From the NCBI GenBank assembly GCA_034670305.1, contig JAXMNT010000003.1, positions 32,001-96,000 of the forward strand: 64,000 nucleotides of DNA, read 5' to 3'. Both the position numbers and the translations under genes were made by a program. Source of the DNA: Deltaproteobacteria bacterium (GTDB taxonomy: Bacteria > Myxococcota_A > Polyangia > Polyangiales > Houyiibacteriaceae). Shown here piece after piece: positions 1-9,480 of the stretch. A model generated the notes under the pieces. The model was not told where the DNA came from. It ran no database searches and worked only from the letters and a program-made list of their open reading frames with translations. Position 1 is the stretch's first letter, and every line of letters begins with the position of its first letter.

Positions 1-182
1 ATCTGCAGCGCGAACGCACCGAGCAGGGCCGCCACCGCGGCAGGCCACACCACCTCGGCCTGTCGGTGGCAGACTGCGGTGCCGACGGCGACGGGCACGA
101 AGGCCGCGCTCAACGTCGCGGGCCGAGAGGCGAGCAGCCACGCGCGCCAGCTCCCCGGCGCGGGCAACGTCGCCGACCTCAC
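1..182 (-). CDS. menA: 1,4-dihydroxy-2-naphthoate polyprenyltransferase, N-terminal part (runs off window start)
   Basis: Not in the ORF track. GTG at 182 overlaps the menH stop (GTGA). Manual translation MRSATLPAPGSWRAWLLASRPATLSAAFVPVAVGTAVC...LLGAFALQ shows the MenA WxxAxRPxTLxAAxxPVxVG motif; men operon context. Confidence 0.85.
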   Translation of the reverse strand, partial: MRSATLPAPGSWRAWLLASRPATLSAAFVPVAVGTAVCHRQAEVVWPAAVAALLGAFALQ

Positions 183-934
183 CGAAGGCTCCGCTTCGTG
201 TCCGCCCCACGACGCGCGACAGGTGGCGCGGACGGGCGGATCGATCCCCGGCGCGCCGCGATCGTCTCCGCGATCGCGGATGCGACGAACTCCGGTTGGC
301 AGCCGAGGACATCGTGGTCTGAGGCGGGGACGGTGAGGATGCGCGCGTCCGGACACACGACCGCCACCCGCCGCGCGATGTCGAGGTACCGGTCGTCGTC
401 TTCGCCCACGAGATAAGACAGCGCGCAGCGGGCCCGCGAGAGCGCTTCCCAGTAGCTCGGCATGGTGCCGAGCCCCAGCACCCGAAACATGCGCGCGAGC
501 GCGGGCGCGGTGAGACCGGTTCGATCCGGACGCGGCCGTCGGCCGAACAGCGGCTGCGCGTCCCAGCCCTCGAAGAACGGCCCGACGCCGAGCGTCGCGA
601 CTTGCTCGGCCCGCTGGGCGTCGAGCAGGCGCCGCTCGCGGCGTGCCGCCGGTTCGTCCAATCCGGGATGGGCGCCCGCGAGCACCAGCGAACGCACCCG
701 CCCCGGATGCCGGGCCAAGAGGCCGAGCGCGATGCGCCCCCCCAGCGAGTACCCGAATACATCCGTTCCCTCCGGAAGAAGCGCCGCGACCCGATCCACT
801 TCCTCTTCGAAGCTCGAACCGCCCGCGCTGATCGAAGGCCGCAGGACGTCCTGCGCGTCGAGGGACTCGAAACGGAGCAACGAGTCGAACGCGGCCGGGG
901 TGCCGCCGAATCCGTGAAGCAGCAGCAGCGTCAT
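179..934 (-). CDS. menH: SHCHC synthase, alpha/beta hydrolase
   Basis: C-terminal 251 aa of ORF 179..2404; LLHGFGG, GYSLGGR nucleophile elbow, GEDD, C-terminal His; ATG overlaps the menD stop (ATGA). Confidence 0.88.
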   Translation of the reverse strand: MTLLLLHGFGGTPAAFDSLLRFESLDAQDVLRPSISAGGSSFEEEVDRVAALLPEGTDVFGYSLGGRIALGLLARHPGRVRSLVLAGAHPGLDEPAARRERRLLDAQRAEQVATLGVGPFFEGWDAQPLFGRRPRPDRTGLTAPALARMFRVLGLGTMPSYWEALSRARCALSYLVGEDDDRYLDIARRVAVVCPDARILTVPASDHDVLGCQPEFVASAIAETIAARRGSIRPSAPPVARRGADTKRSLR

Positions 935-2646
935 GTGTCTGCACCCGGAAGGTCCCGCGCGAGCGCGTCCTCGACGAACGCGTCGAGCGCCGCGAGGTCG
1001 TCCCGCACCGAGTGGGTGGGCAATACGACGCGGAGCACGCTCGCTCCGGGATGTTCCAGCGACATGCTCAGAGCCTGGTCCAACTCGGTCGGGTTGGCGA
1101 TCGAAGAGGCGCGAATTCCGAACCCCGTCCCAAGCTCCTCCAGCGCCCAACGGTGGGCGAGGGCGAAGTGGGCTTCGAACGCAGCGGTCGGCAGCGCGTC
1201 CACCACCGGGAGCTGTTCGAAGATCCGCCCTCCCCCGTCGTCGAGCACCACCACGACGGTCGGCGTGTCGAGCTTGGCCAGTTCCTGAAGCGCACCGACG
1301 TCGTGCAGAAAGCTCACGTCGCCGAGCACCAGCACCGTGGGCATCCGAGAGGCGGTGGCCACCCCGCACGTCCCTGCGATGAGGCCGTCGATGCCACTGG
1401 CGCCACGCTGAGAGTGCACGGTGGCTCGAGGCGCCGCCGCAAGATCGATGAGCCGCACGCAGGAACTGTTGCCGATCACGAGTCGGGCACCCGAGGCGTC
1501 CACCGCCCGGGCGATGTGTTCGAGCGCGCGCGTCTCGCCCCACGGCAAACTCGCCACGGCTTCGGAAGAGACGCGCTTGAGCCGTTCGCGCCGAGGGTGT
1601 TGCGGCTTCGGTTTCGTGGACCGCTCCAGCGCATCCGCCAGCACGCGAACGCTGGCGGCGATCGGTCCGAACACGAGCCCGTCGGCATCGCCGGTTGGAT
1701 CGGGCCACCCGCGTTCGCACAGAATCCACCGTCTGCGTCCAGAGGCGTACTGGCTCCAGCCTTTGCCGATGGGGGACTCTCCGAGCTGCAGGACGAAGTC
1801 GGCGTCGACCAACCCCCGGCCGGCGGGGGTTCGAAGCGCCAGCTCGACCGGGTCTCCGAGCGCCGCGAACTGACTCGTCGCATCCGCGAGCAGGAGCGCG
1901 CCGCTGCATTCCACCAGCCGCCGAACGTCCTCCAGCGCTCGGCCCTGACGCGCTGGCCCGGGGCCAGCGACGATCAGCGGTCGTGCCGCGGAGCCAAGGA
2001 GTTCCGCCAAGTGCTCGATCCCTTCCGGATCCGCGGTCGGCACCGGATCGAACACGGCTGCGGCCGCACCAGGGTGCGACGCGGCCGTTCCCTCGAGTGG
2101 CTTTCGCGCGGGCGCGTTCAGATGGACCGGCGACGCGGTCCGGCGCGCGATCACCGCCGCCCGCAGTGCACGACGCTCGGCCGCGCGAAGCATCCTGGGC
2201 GCTGCGCCCGGCGCGCCCAGATCGACGAACGCCTCCACATGCCAACCGAACAGATGCGTCTGGTCGATGGTCTGATTGGCGCCGGTGTCCCGCAGCTCCG
2301 GCGGTCGATCCGCGCTCAGCACCACGAGCGGCATGCCGGACGCGCCGGCTTCGACGACGGCCGGAAGATAGTGCGCTGCCGCGGTGCCGCTCGTGCAGAC
2401 GCACACCGGGAGACGTCCTTCGCGCGCGAGCCCGAGCGCAAAGAATCCTGCCGTCCGTTCGTCGAGCACCGTGTGCAGTGCGAGCGCGCCTTGGCCCTGC
2501 AGCCGAAGCGCTTCGAGTACGAACGGGGTCGAACGCGATCCAGGGCTGAGCACGACGTCGGTCACGCCGCCCGATCGCAGCCCCGCGAACACGTGGGCGG
2601 CGAACGTCGCTTGTGCGTCCGCGGCCGAGTGTTCGAGGTCAGCCAT
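931..2646 (-). CDS. menD: SEPHCHC synthase (TPP-dependent)
   Basis: SPGSRSTP, LDERTAGFFALG, CTSGTAAA, ADRPPEL, GANQTIDQ, RGASGIDG, GDVSFLHD...DDGGGRIF motifs. Confidence 0.95.
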   Translation of the reverse strand: MADLEHSAADAQATFAAHVFAGLRSGGVTDVVLSPGSRSTPFVLEALRLQGQGALALHTVLDERTAGFFALGLAREGRLPVCVCTSGTAAAHYLPAVVEAGASGMPLVVLSADRPPELRDTGANQTIDQTHLFGWHVEAFVDLGAPGAAPRMLRAAERRALRAAVIARRTASPVHLNAPARKPLEGTAASHPGAAAAVFDPVPTADPEGIEHLAELLGSAARPLIVAGPGPARQGRALEDVRRLVECSGALLLADATSQFAALGDPVELALRTPAGRGLVDADFVLQLGESPIGKGWSQYASGRRRWILCERGWPDPTGDADGLVFGPIAASVRVLADALERSTKPKPQHPRRERLKRVSSEAVASLPWGETRALEHIARAVDASGARLVIGNSSCVRLIDLAAAPRATVHSQRGASGIDGLIAGTCGVATASRMPTVLVLGDVSFLHDVGALQELAKLDTPTVVVVLDDGGGRIFEQLPVVDALPTAAFEAHFALAHRWALEELGTGFGIRASSIANPTELDQALSMSLEHPGASVLRVVLPTHSVRDDLAALDAFVEDALARDLPGADT

Positions 2647-2673
2647 CGTGCTTCTTCCTGCAGCGGCGACGAG

Positions 2674-4044
2674 TCACCGCGCAGGCTCCAGCGCGCCGAG
2701 GAACGCGCGAAACTTCAGCGCGCTCTCCTCGTACTCGCGCTCCGGTTCAGAGGCGCCGACGATGCCGCAGCCCGCCCACGCGGACGCGGAGTCTCCGGTC
2801 AGCAATCCCGACCGCAGCGCGACCACGAACCGCCCGTCGCCGTGTTCGTCGAACGCACCGAAGGGCGCGGCGTACCAACCGCGGGCACCGTATCGGGCGC
2901 GCTCGCGGGTCGCGATCCAGTCCGCCGCAACCTGCTTCGGCACCCCGCCGACCGCCGGCGTCGGGTGCAAGGCTCGAACGAGTTCGAGCACGTGCGTCGC
3001 GTCGTGCAGCGTCCCTCGAATCGCCGTGTGCAAGTGCACCACGTTGGGCAACTCGCGAAGTGAGGGTTTCGCCTCCATCTCGAGCGTCGCGTGAGGCTCG
3101 AGCGCGGTTCGGATCGCATCGACCACCAGACGGTGTTCGTGCTGGTCCTTCTCGCTCGTGAGCAGGGACTGCCCGTCCCCGGCCGGTGCCGACCCGGCCA
3201 GGGCTTCGGTCCGGAGCGTGGTGCCCACCTTGGAGATCAAGTGTTCCGGCGTCGCGCCGAGGAACGTCGCCTCTCCTTTGCGGAACGCGAAGCGCACACA
3301 GTTCGGAAACCGCACGCGGAGGCGTCGCAGGACCACCCTGGGATCGAGCGTGCCCGACAGACGCACGTCGACCCGGCGGGCGGCGACGACCTTGCCGGCT
3401 TCCCCACGTTCGATGGCCTCCGTGATCTCGCGGATGTGGCGCGCCCACTCTTCCGCCGGCGGCTGGCCGATGTCGGTGACGAGCACCGCGCTTCCCGAAC
3501 GAGCGGGCGCACTGAGGAGACGCGCCCACGCCGCCTCGAGTTCCAGCCGCGCCGACTCGGCCTCGGCATTCGACAGGGGCTCGACCGTCACGAAACGGAT
3601 CCACGCGTCTGCGCGGGTCGCGCCGTAGGTCCAGCGCGGCACCACCATCTCGCCGGGCCCGAACGACGCCCAGCGAGGGTCGGTCGCGTCCTCCGCATCG
3701 AATGCGAAGCCACCGAACGCGCTCAGCGGTGGGGCGTCCACGTCGTCGAACGCGACCTTCGGCTCGAGCCCGGTCAACATCGTCGCGGCGTCGGTGGCCG
3801 CGGCGCGACGCGCGATCCCTACCCCAGCGCAGTCGAGGTCGCGGTCGCCGAATACGAGCGCATCGCCTTCCGCCGGCCAGAACGTGGCCACGTCCGGCAC
3901 CCACGGTGCCGCGAGGGTCACGACGCGTGCGCCGGCCCGGAGGGCGTTCTCGAACCGTGCACCGACTCGGTCGAGCGCGCGGGTGGGCAGTCCCGTTCCC
4001 GGAGCGATGTCATGAGTCGTGCCATCCAGCTGCGGCGTGGTCAC
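2674..4044 (-). CDS. menF: isochorismate synthase
   Basis: KVVAAR, FLGATPEHL, EALAGS, KDQHEH, HPTPAVGG, RGWYAAP, ALRSG, AGCGIV motifs; GTG at 4044 overlaps the menG stop. Confidence 0.92.
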   Translation of the reverse strand: MTTPQLDGTTHDIAPGTGLPTRALDRVGARFENALRAGARVVTLAAPWVPDVATFWPAEGDALVFGDRDLDCAGVGIARRAAATDAATMLTGLEPKVAFDDVDAPPLSAFGGFAFDAEDATDPRWASFGPGEMVVPRWTYGATRADAWIRFVTVEPLSNAEAESARLELEAAWARLLSAPARSGSAVLVTDIGQPPAEEWARHIREITEAIERGEAGKVVAARRVDVRLSGTLDPRVVLRRLRVRFPNCVRFAFRKGEATFLGATPEHLISKVGTTLRTEALAGSAPAGDGQSLLTSEKDQHEHRLVVDAIRTALEPHATLEMEAKPSLRELPNVVHLHTAIRGTLHDATHVLELVRALHPTPAVGGVPKQVAADWIATRERARYGARGWYAAPFGAFDEHGDGRFVVALRSGLLTGDSASAWAGCGIVGASEPEREYEESALKFRAFLGALEPAR

Positions 4045-4802
4045 GACGGCACCTTGCCGACGTAGAGACAGCACACGCCAAAGGTCAGCGGCCGGACCTC
4101 GATGTCCACCAGGCCCGCCCGCTCCATCTGCGTGGCGAACTCCGCTGGGGGTGGGAACGCGGCGATGGAGGACTGCAGGTAGCGGTACTCCCGTTTGCCG
4201 CTCAGCAACGCCCCGATCCTCGGAACCGCTTCTCGGATCCAGAGCCTGGCCAAGGTCGAGAACAGGCCAGCTTTCGGTTCGGACAGTTCGAGCACCGACA
4301 CGTGGCCCCCGGGACGAACCACCCGGGTCATCTCCCGCAACCCAGCGTCGCGATCCGGCACGTTGCGAATCCCGAACGCGATGGTCGCGCCGTCGAACGA
4401 GGCGTCCTCGAACCGAAGTGCTTGCGCGTCGCCGGCTTCCAGGACGATGCGGTCGTGCGCCTTCACCTTTTTCTGCCCGACCCTCAGCATGCCTTCAGAG
4501 GGATCGACCCCGACGACTTCGACCTCGGGGAACTCGGACGCGAGTGCAATCGCCACGTCGCCGGTCCCGGTCGCTACATCGAGCACCCGGCGCGCGCCCG
4601 CGGGCATGCTGCGGACGAGTTGTTTTCGCCAACGCACGTCGATGCCCATCGAAAGGACCCGATTGACGAAGTCGTAGCGTTCCGCGATCGCGTCGAACAT
4701 CTCACCGGACCCGAACGTCGTGTCGGTGGCTTCGGGCGAGGCCGGTCCGTGGTCGGGTCGTTCTGCAGGAGCCTGAGGGGAACTGTGCTTCGTGGGGGTC
4801 AT
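4041..4802 (-). CDS. menG: demethylmenaquinone methyltransferase (UbiE/MenG)
   Basis: MFDAIAERYDFVNRVLSMG, VLDVATGTGD SAM motif, AFGIRNV, YRYLQSSI; ATG at 4802 overlaps the HMGR stop. Confidence 0.93.
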   Translation of the reverse strand: MTPTKHSSPQAPAERPDHGPASPEATDTTFGSGEMFDAIAERYDFVNRVLSMGIDVRWRKQLVRSMPAGARRVLDVATGTGDVAIALASEFPEVEVVGVDPSEGMLRVGQKKVKAHDRIVLEAGDAQALRFEDASFDGATIAFGIRNVPDRDAGLREMTRVVRPGGHVSVLELSEPKAGLFSTLARLWIREAVPRIGALLSGKREYRYLQSSIAAFPPPAEFATQMERAGLVDIEVRPLTFGVCCLYVGKVPS

Positions 4803-6112
4803 GCGCCGCCTCCGGGGGAAGATTCCGTTCGTCGAAGTCCACCGCGCGTCGGCGCGGTGCGGTCTGCGGGGGTCGCCGCGCGGGCGCCTCCATCCGTGCT
4901 TTCTGCGGAGGGCGGTGCCGTGTCTTCGGAGAGCGCCACGGAGCCTGCCTCCTTGCGTTTGTGAAGACGCATGTGTCCGCGCTGGATCCCTTCGCCGGCG
5001 AGCGCCCGCAGTGCGGCGAGGTTGCTGGCGAGTCCCGCCGAGGCGATGACGATTGCGAGTTGCGAGGCGTCGGTGACGCCGAGCAGCGCCATGCTTGTTT
5101 GCACCCCTGGGTGCACGCCGGTCGACCCGCCGACCGTGGCGACGGCCAGCGGCATCTCGAGCCGACCGACCAGGCCCGTCTTGGTGCGGTGCCAGGTCGA
5201 GAGGGGACGGTAGCCCGTCCCGTCGAGGTCGGGTCCGAGCGCCGCGAACGCGTGCGCGCCCGCCTCGATGGCCCGCCAGTCCTGACCGAGCGCCACCGCC
5301 ACCGCGTCGACGCCGTTCATGACGCCCTTGTTGTGGGTCACGGCGCGGAAGGGGTCGCGCTCGGCGAACGCGCTCGCGCGGACGATGGCGTCGGCCAACT
5401 CGGCGCCGCCCGAACCGGACAGCGCGTCGGCGCCGACTTCGCACGTGACCCGCACCCGGCGTCGCATGGGCAGGTTGGTGAGGATCCGAAGTCCGACCCG
5501 GCCGCCCAAGATCTCGCCGACCCGCGACGCGACGGCTTCCGCCACCGTGTCGACCAGGTTGGCGCCCATCGCGTTGCCCACCGCGACGTGAAAGTGGACG
5601 ACCACCATGCCGCCGGGACCCGCGAGCGGACGGACCGTGATGTCTCGGCAGCCGCCGCCGCGGGCGACCATGCCGGGGATCGCCGCGTCCGCGAGCTCGA
5701 AGAGTTCGCGTCGCTTCGCCTCGATCCGCATGGGCGCAGCCTCGGGGTCGGCGACCTCGTCGAGCTGCACCTGCGCGGTCATGATCGATTCGTCGGCCTC
5801 GCCCGCGAAACCGCCGTGCAAGCGCACCATGCGCGCGGCGTTGGAGGCGGCCGCGACCACGGAGGGTTCCTCGACCGCCATGGGCACCAAGAGATCCTCC
5901 CCGTTCACGCGGAAGTTCAGCGCGACCGAAAGCGGCAGCCCATGAATGGCGACCACGTTCTCACTCATGCGGTCGGCGACGCCGAGCGGAAGGGACCCAC
6001 CGCGTTGGAGGTGCGCTGCGGCCGCTTCGTCGAGCAGACCGCGATCGAGCAACACGGCCACCCGCTCGGCGAGCGAAGTTCGGTAGAAACCGGGAATGCG
6101 GGAACTCGCCAT
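4799..6112 (-). CDS. mvaA: class II hydroxymethylglutaryl-CoA reductase
   Basis: SENVV, PMAVEEPSVVAA, (N)AMGAN, THNKGVMNG, DWRAIEAGAH, GIQRGHMRLH; start taken at MASSRIPGFY. Confidence 0.92.
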   Translation of the reverse strand: MASSRIPGFYRTSLAERVAVLLDRGLLDEAAAAHLQRGGSLPLGVADRMSENVVAIHGLPLSVALNFRVNGEDLLVPMAVEEPSVVAAASNAARMVRLHGGFAGEADESIMTAQVQLDEVADPEAAPMRIEAKRRELFELADAAIPGMVARGGGCRDITVRPLAGPGGMVVVHFHVAVGNAMGANLVDTVAEAVASRVGEILGGRVGLRILTNLPMRRRVRVTCEVGADALSGSGGAELADAIVRASAFAERDPFRAVTHNKGVMNGVDAVAVALGQDWRAIEAGAHAFAALGPDLDGTGYRPLSTWHRTKTGLVGRLEMPLAVATVGGSTGVHPGVQTSMALLGVTDASQLAIVIASAGLASNLAALRALAGEGIQRGHMRLHKRKEAGSVALSEDTAPPSAESTDGGARAATPADRTAPTRGGLRRTESSPGGGA

Positions 6113-6113
6113 C

Positions 6114-7199
6114 TCAGCGCTCCCGCTCGACCGTGGCCAGTGCGACGGTGTGAAGGGCTTGCCGGGCGGCGCAGTCCGGCATGTCGGCGAGCGCCTGGAC
6201 GGCCCGGGTGGCGCGCTCGGCGGCCAAGGCACGGGTCTGGTCGAGCGCGCCCGTCTTTCGAAGCCGGTCGAGAAGCGCATGTCGAAGCGCGGCGTCTGCA
6301 GAGTCGCCGGCCTCCGTCAGCTCGGTCAGGAGCGCGGCGGCTTCGGGATCGGTGTCGCGGGCGACGAGGACCGGGTGGGTCATCTTGCCTTCGCGCAGAT
6401 CGGCGAAGAGCGCCTTGCCCGTCTTCTCTTCGTCGCCGGTGTAGTCGAGCAGATCGTCGACGAGCTGAAACGCGACACCGAGATGCAGCCCGTACTGCTC
6501 GAGCGCATCGCTCCGGCCGGCATCGAACCCGCCCGCACGCGCGCCGGCCCAGGTCGCCCAGCGAAAGAGCGCCGCGGTCTTGCCTTCGACGATCTTGAAG
6601 TAGTTCGCGACCGACAAGTCGACGCGGTTGCGGTGCTCGAGCTGAATCGACTCGGCTTCGATCATCTCCTCGATGATGTCGAAGAGCCGTTCGAGCGTGC
6701 CGTCCACCTCCGCCGACCGGACGCGTTTCAGAGCGTCGACGAGCAACCAGTCGCCGGCGAAGATCGACGCGGCGTTGCCAAAGAGCAGCCGCGCCGCCGG
6801 GGCCCCGCGGCGCTGATCGCCGAGGTCGACCACGTCGTCGTGCAAGAGCGTCGCGGCGTGCACGAGTTCGACCGCGACCGCGAGCGCCCGCGCGGCCGGG
6901 GTCAGCACCGTGGGGCCGTCCTGTTCAGACGCGAGACGGTACGCGAGGGCCACGCACATCGGCCGCAGGCGTTTTCCGCCCTGACGCAGCAGATGGTGCC
7001 CCGATTGCTGGACCCAGGAACCGGAGTTGGGCACCGCATCGATCGCCGCCGCGATCTCCTCGAGATCCCAGCGAACGAGCTCCGAGAGCCGCCCCAGCCG
7101 GGCGCCGAGATCCTCGAGTCCGCGGGTGTCGCACACCGTTCGTAGGGTGCGGAGCACGTCGGAAGAGGGGTCGCTGACAACCGCGCCGAGCAAAGACAT
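6114..7199 (-). CDS. long-chain polyprenyl diphosphate synthase (IspB/HepT-like)
   Basis: GKRLRP, DDVVD..RRG (FARM), GKTA, FQLVDDLLD (SARM), DLREGKMT; Ala five residues before FARM fits a long-chain product. Confidence 0.92.
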   Translation of the reverse strand: MSLLGAVVSDPSSDVLRTLRTVCDTRGLEDLGARLGRLSELVRWDLEEIAAAIDAVPNSGSWVQQSGHHLLRQGGKRLRPMCVALAYRLASEQDGPTVLTPAARALAVAVELVHAATLLHDDVVDLGDQRRGAPAARLLFGNAASIFAGDWLLVDALKRVRSAEVDGTLERLFDIIEEMIEAESIQLEHRNRVDLSVANYFKIVEGKTAALFRWATWAGARAGGFDAGRSDALEQYGLHLGVAFQLVDDLLDYTGDEEKTGKALFADLREGKMTHPVLVARDTDPEAAALLTELTEAGDSADAALRHALLDRLRKTGALDQTRALAAERATRAVQALADMPDCAARQALHTVALATVERER

Positions 7200-7436
7200 A
7201 CGTTCTCCAGACCCGCACGTGCGGGACGAGGGGCTGAGCGGGTGCCCAGCAGGTTTCACGAATCTTTGAAAGGTTTAGGGGTGTCGAAAGCTCGGGTCAA
7301 GGCCAGAGCAGGGGGAAGATGCTCCTCGGAGGCAGTAAGGTGCGTTTTCGTCGCAGTGGGTGCCGCGTGGTCAACAAACGTCTGGACAATCCTTGGCGGT
7401 GTACTAGACAGCCCGGCTCCAAGGAGTTCTGTCGAG

Positions 7437-8057
7437 ATGTCCCGTTATACCGGCCCCCGCGTGAAAAAAATGCGTGCATTGGGGATCGACCTTCCCGGTC
7501 TCTCCCGCAAGACGATGTGGAACCGAGCGTACCCGCCCGGCGAGCATGGTCCCCGCAACGCCCGACGACGCAAAGAGTCGGACTTCAAGAAGCAGCTCGC
7601 TGAAAAGCAGAAGCTGCGCTTCAACTATGGCCTGACCGAGCGTCAGTTTCGTCGGTTGTTCATCGAGGCGAAGCAGAGCAAGGCCTCGACGCCCGACCAG
7701 CTGCTGGAGTTCCTCGAGTGTCGACTGGACAACGCGGTGTTCCGCGCCGGGTTCGCGCCGACGATTCCGGCCGCCCGCCAGCTCGTCCGCCACCGTCACA
7801 TCCTCGTGAACGGCAAGCGCGTCGACATCCCGAGCTACCGCCTGAAGATCGGCGACGAGATCACCCTTCGGCCGAAGTCGAAGGACCTCACCGTGGTCGC
7901 CGAGTCGCTTGAGAAGATTTCGCTGACGCGCCCCGAGTGGATGCGCTTCGACGACGACACCCGCGCCGCCCGAGTGGCCGAGCTCCCGACCCCGGACGCC
8001 GTGCCGTTCCCCGTCGAGATGCAGCTCATCGTCGAGTACTACTCGAAGCGCCTGTAG
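7437..8057 (+). CDS. rpsD: 30S ribosomal protein S4 (form lacking the Zn-binding cysteines)
   Basis: MSRYTGP, PPGEHG, QLAEKQKLRFNYG, RLDNAVFRAGF, ARQLVRHRHILVNG, LIVEYYSK; AAGGAG RBS at 7421-7426. Confidence 0.96.
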   Translation: MSRYTGPRVKKMRALGIDLPGLSRKTMWNRAYPPGEHGPRNARRRKESDFKKQLAEKQKLRFNYGLTERQFRRLFIEAKQSKASTPDQLLEFLECRLDNAVFRAGFAPTIPAARQLVRHRHILVNGKRVDIPSYRLKIGDEITLRPKSKDLTVVAESLEKISLTRPEWMRFDDDTRAARVAELPTPDAVPFPVEMQLIVEYYSKRL

Positions 8058-8089
8058 TTTCTCGTTTCTCGTTCGCTTCGCGACAGCCC

Positions 8090-8123
8090 ACACCCGGTCC
8101 ACTTCGGATCGGGTGTTTGCGTT
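8090..8123 (+). terminator. probable intrinsic terminator after rpsD
   Basis: ACACCCGGTCC-ACTTC-GGATCGGGTGT hairpin (11 bp, one G-U) followed by TTGCGTT. Confidence 0.5.
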
Positions 8124-8308
8124 CCGTCTGCCGCGTCGGGCCTGGCTCGCTTGCCGAGGCGGCCCTACGTAGAGCACGCATCCTCCCGGGCACGCGCCCC
8201 GGGGCACGTGCGGACAATGCTTGCGACCCGCGAGGCGACTGCTAACCAAACCCTCCCTTCCCTGCCCGCAAGGGCGTCCCCCAACCCCCATCAGGAAAGA
8301 GATCCCCC

Positions 8309-8845
8309 ATGCTCACCGTTGGTGACAAGTTCCCCCACTTCGAACTCCAGGCCTGCGTCTCCCGCGAGAAGGGCAAAGAGTTCCAGCAGATCAACCAGAA
8401 CTCCTACGAGGGCAAATGGCTCTGCGTGTTCTTCTGGCCGATGGACTTCACGTTCGTCTGCCCCACCGAGATCGCCGAGTTCGGCCGCCGCGACGGCGAC
8501 TTCTCCGACCGCGACTGTCAGGTGCTGGGCGCGAGCACGGACTCCCACTTCGTCCACCTCGCTTGGCGCAACGACCACGAGGATCTGAAGGAGCTCCCCT
8601 TCCCGATGCTTGCCGACATCAAGCACGAGCTCTCCGATGAACTCGGTGTGATCGCCAAGGACGCGGGCGTGTGTCTCCGAGCAACCTTCCTCGTCGACCC
8701 GCAGGGCATCATTCGCTGGGCGAGCGTCAACGACCTCTCGGTCGGCCGCTCGGTCCCCGAGGTGCTGCGGGTGCTCGACGGCCTTCAGAGCGACGAGCTC
8801 TGTCCCTGCAACTGGGAGAAGGGTCAGCCGACCCTCCAGGTCTGA
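8309..8845 (+). CDS. ahpC: 2-Cys peroxiredoxin, alkyl hydroperoxide reductase C
   Basis: FFWPMDFTFVCPTEI peroxidatic motif, GRSVPEVLR, DELCPCNW resolving region (actinobacterial/myxobacterial AhpC type). Confidence 0.95.
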   Translation: MLTVGDKFPHFELQACVSREKGKEFQQINQNSYEGKWLCVFFWPMDFTFVCPTEIAEFGRRDGDFSDRDCQVLGASTDSHFVHLAWRNDHEDLKELPFPMLADIKHELSDELGVIAKDAGVCLRATFLVDPQGIIRWASVNDLSVGRSVPEVLRVLDGLQSDELCPCNWEKGQPTLQV

Positions 8846-8863
8846 GGCTGGTTCACGAGGAAC

Positions 8864-8891
8864 GCGCCATCCGCGAGGGTGGCGCTTTTTT
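8864..8891 (+). terminator. intrinsic terminator between convergent ahpC and ahpD
   Basis: GCGCCATCC-GCGA-GGGTGGCGC stem with GNRA loop followed by TTTTTT. Confidence 0.8.
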
Positions 8892-8907
8892 CGTTTCGGA
8901 CCCCGCG

Positions 8908-9429
8908 CTAGATCATCGACAAGACGCAGGCGGCGGCGCGCATCGTCGACGCGATGCGAATCGCGTGCACGACATCCTCGCGCGAGAGTCCGCCGTCCGT
9001 CACGACCTTCTCGTGCGACCGCATGCAGACCTCGCACCCGTTGATGGCGCTGACCGCCAGGCAGTAGAGTTCGAAGTCGAGCTTCTCCCCGGCCGGACGC
9101 GCGATCCGGTTCATGCGGAGCTTCGGGTGCATCTTCTCGTACTCGCCTCCGACCTGATGCCGGAACCGGTAGAACGTATTGTTCATCGCCATGAGCGACG
9201 CTGCAGCCCGCGCGTCGTCCAGCACCTCTGGCGCAACGCCCGCTTCTGCGGCATCGGAGAAGATGGCTTCACGCAATCCAGCGTGTCCGGCTGTGATGGC
9301 GCAGGCCGCCGCGGTGCCCCAGAGCTGGGCCGGGGTGAGGTTCGATTGGGTGAGCACCGACTGCAGATTGAGCTTGGTGTCCTTGGCGTACTCCGGGAAC
9401 TGCTGCCGGAGGATCTCGATCGCATTCAT
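8908..9429 (-). CDS. ahpD: alkyl hydroperoxide reductase AhpD (CMD family)
   Basis: PEYAKDTKLNL, AASLMAMNNTFYRFRH, LRMN, FELYCLAVSAINGCEVCMRSH (CxxCxxxH). Confidence 0.93.
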   Translation of the reverse strand: MNAIEILRQQFPEYAKDTKLNLQSVLTQSNLTPAQLWGTAAACAITAGHAGLREAIFSDAAEAGVAPEVLDDARAAASLMAMNNTFYRFRHQVGGEYEKMHPKLRMNRIARPAGEKLDFELYCLAVSAINGCEVCMRSHEKVVTDGGLSREDVVHAIRIASTMRAAACVLSMI

Positions 9430-9480
9430 GCATCGGTTCTGAAGACATCACGCCCGGTGTCAAGGGCGGACCGAATACTC

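Noticed and set aside
179-2404. 741-aa ORF as a MenD-MenH-sized fusion; likewise N-terminal extensions of menG, eis-like, MMPL and HK2
   Set aside because: The extensions are out-of-frame overlaps with upstream genes or repeats; internal starts with ATGA/GTGA overlaps give normal-sized proteins.
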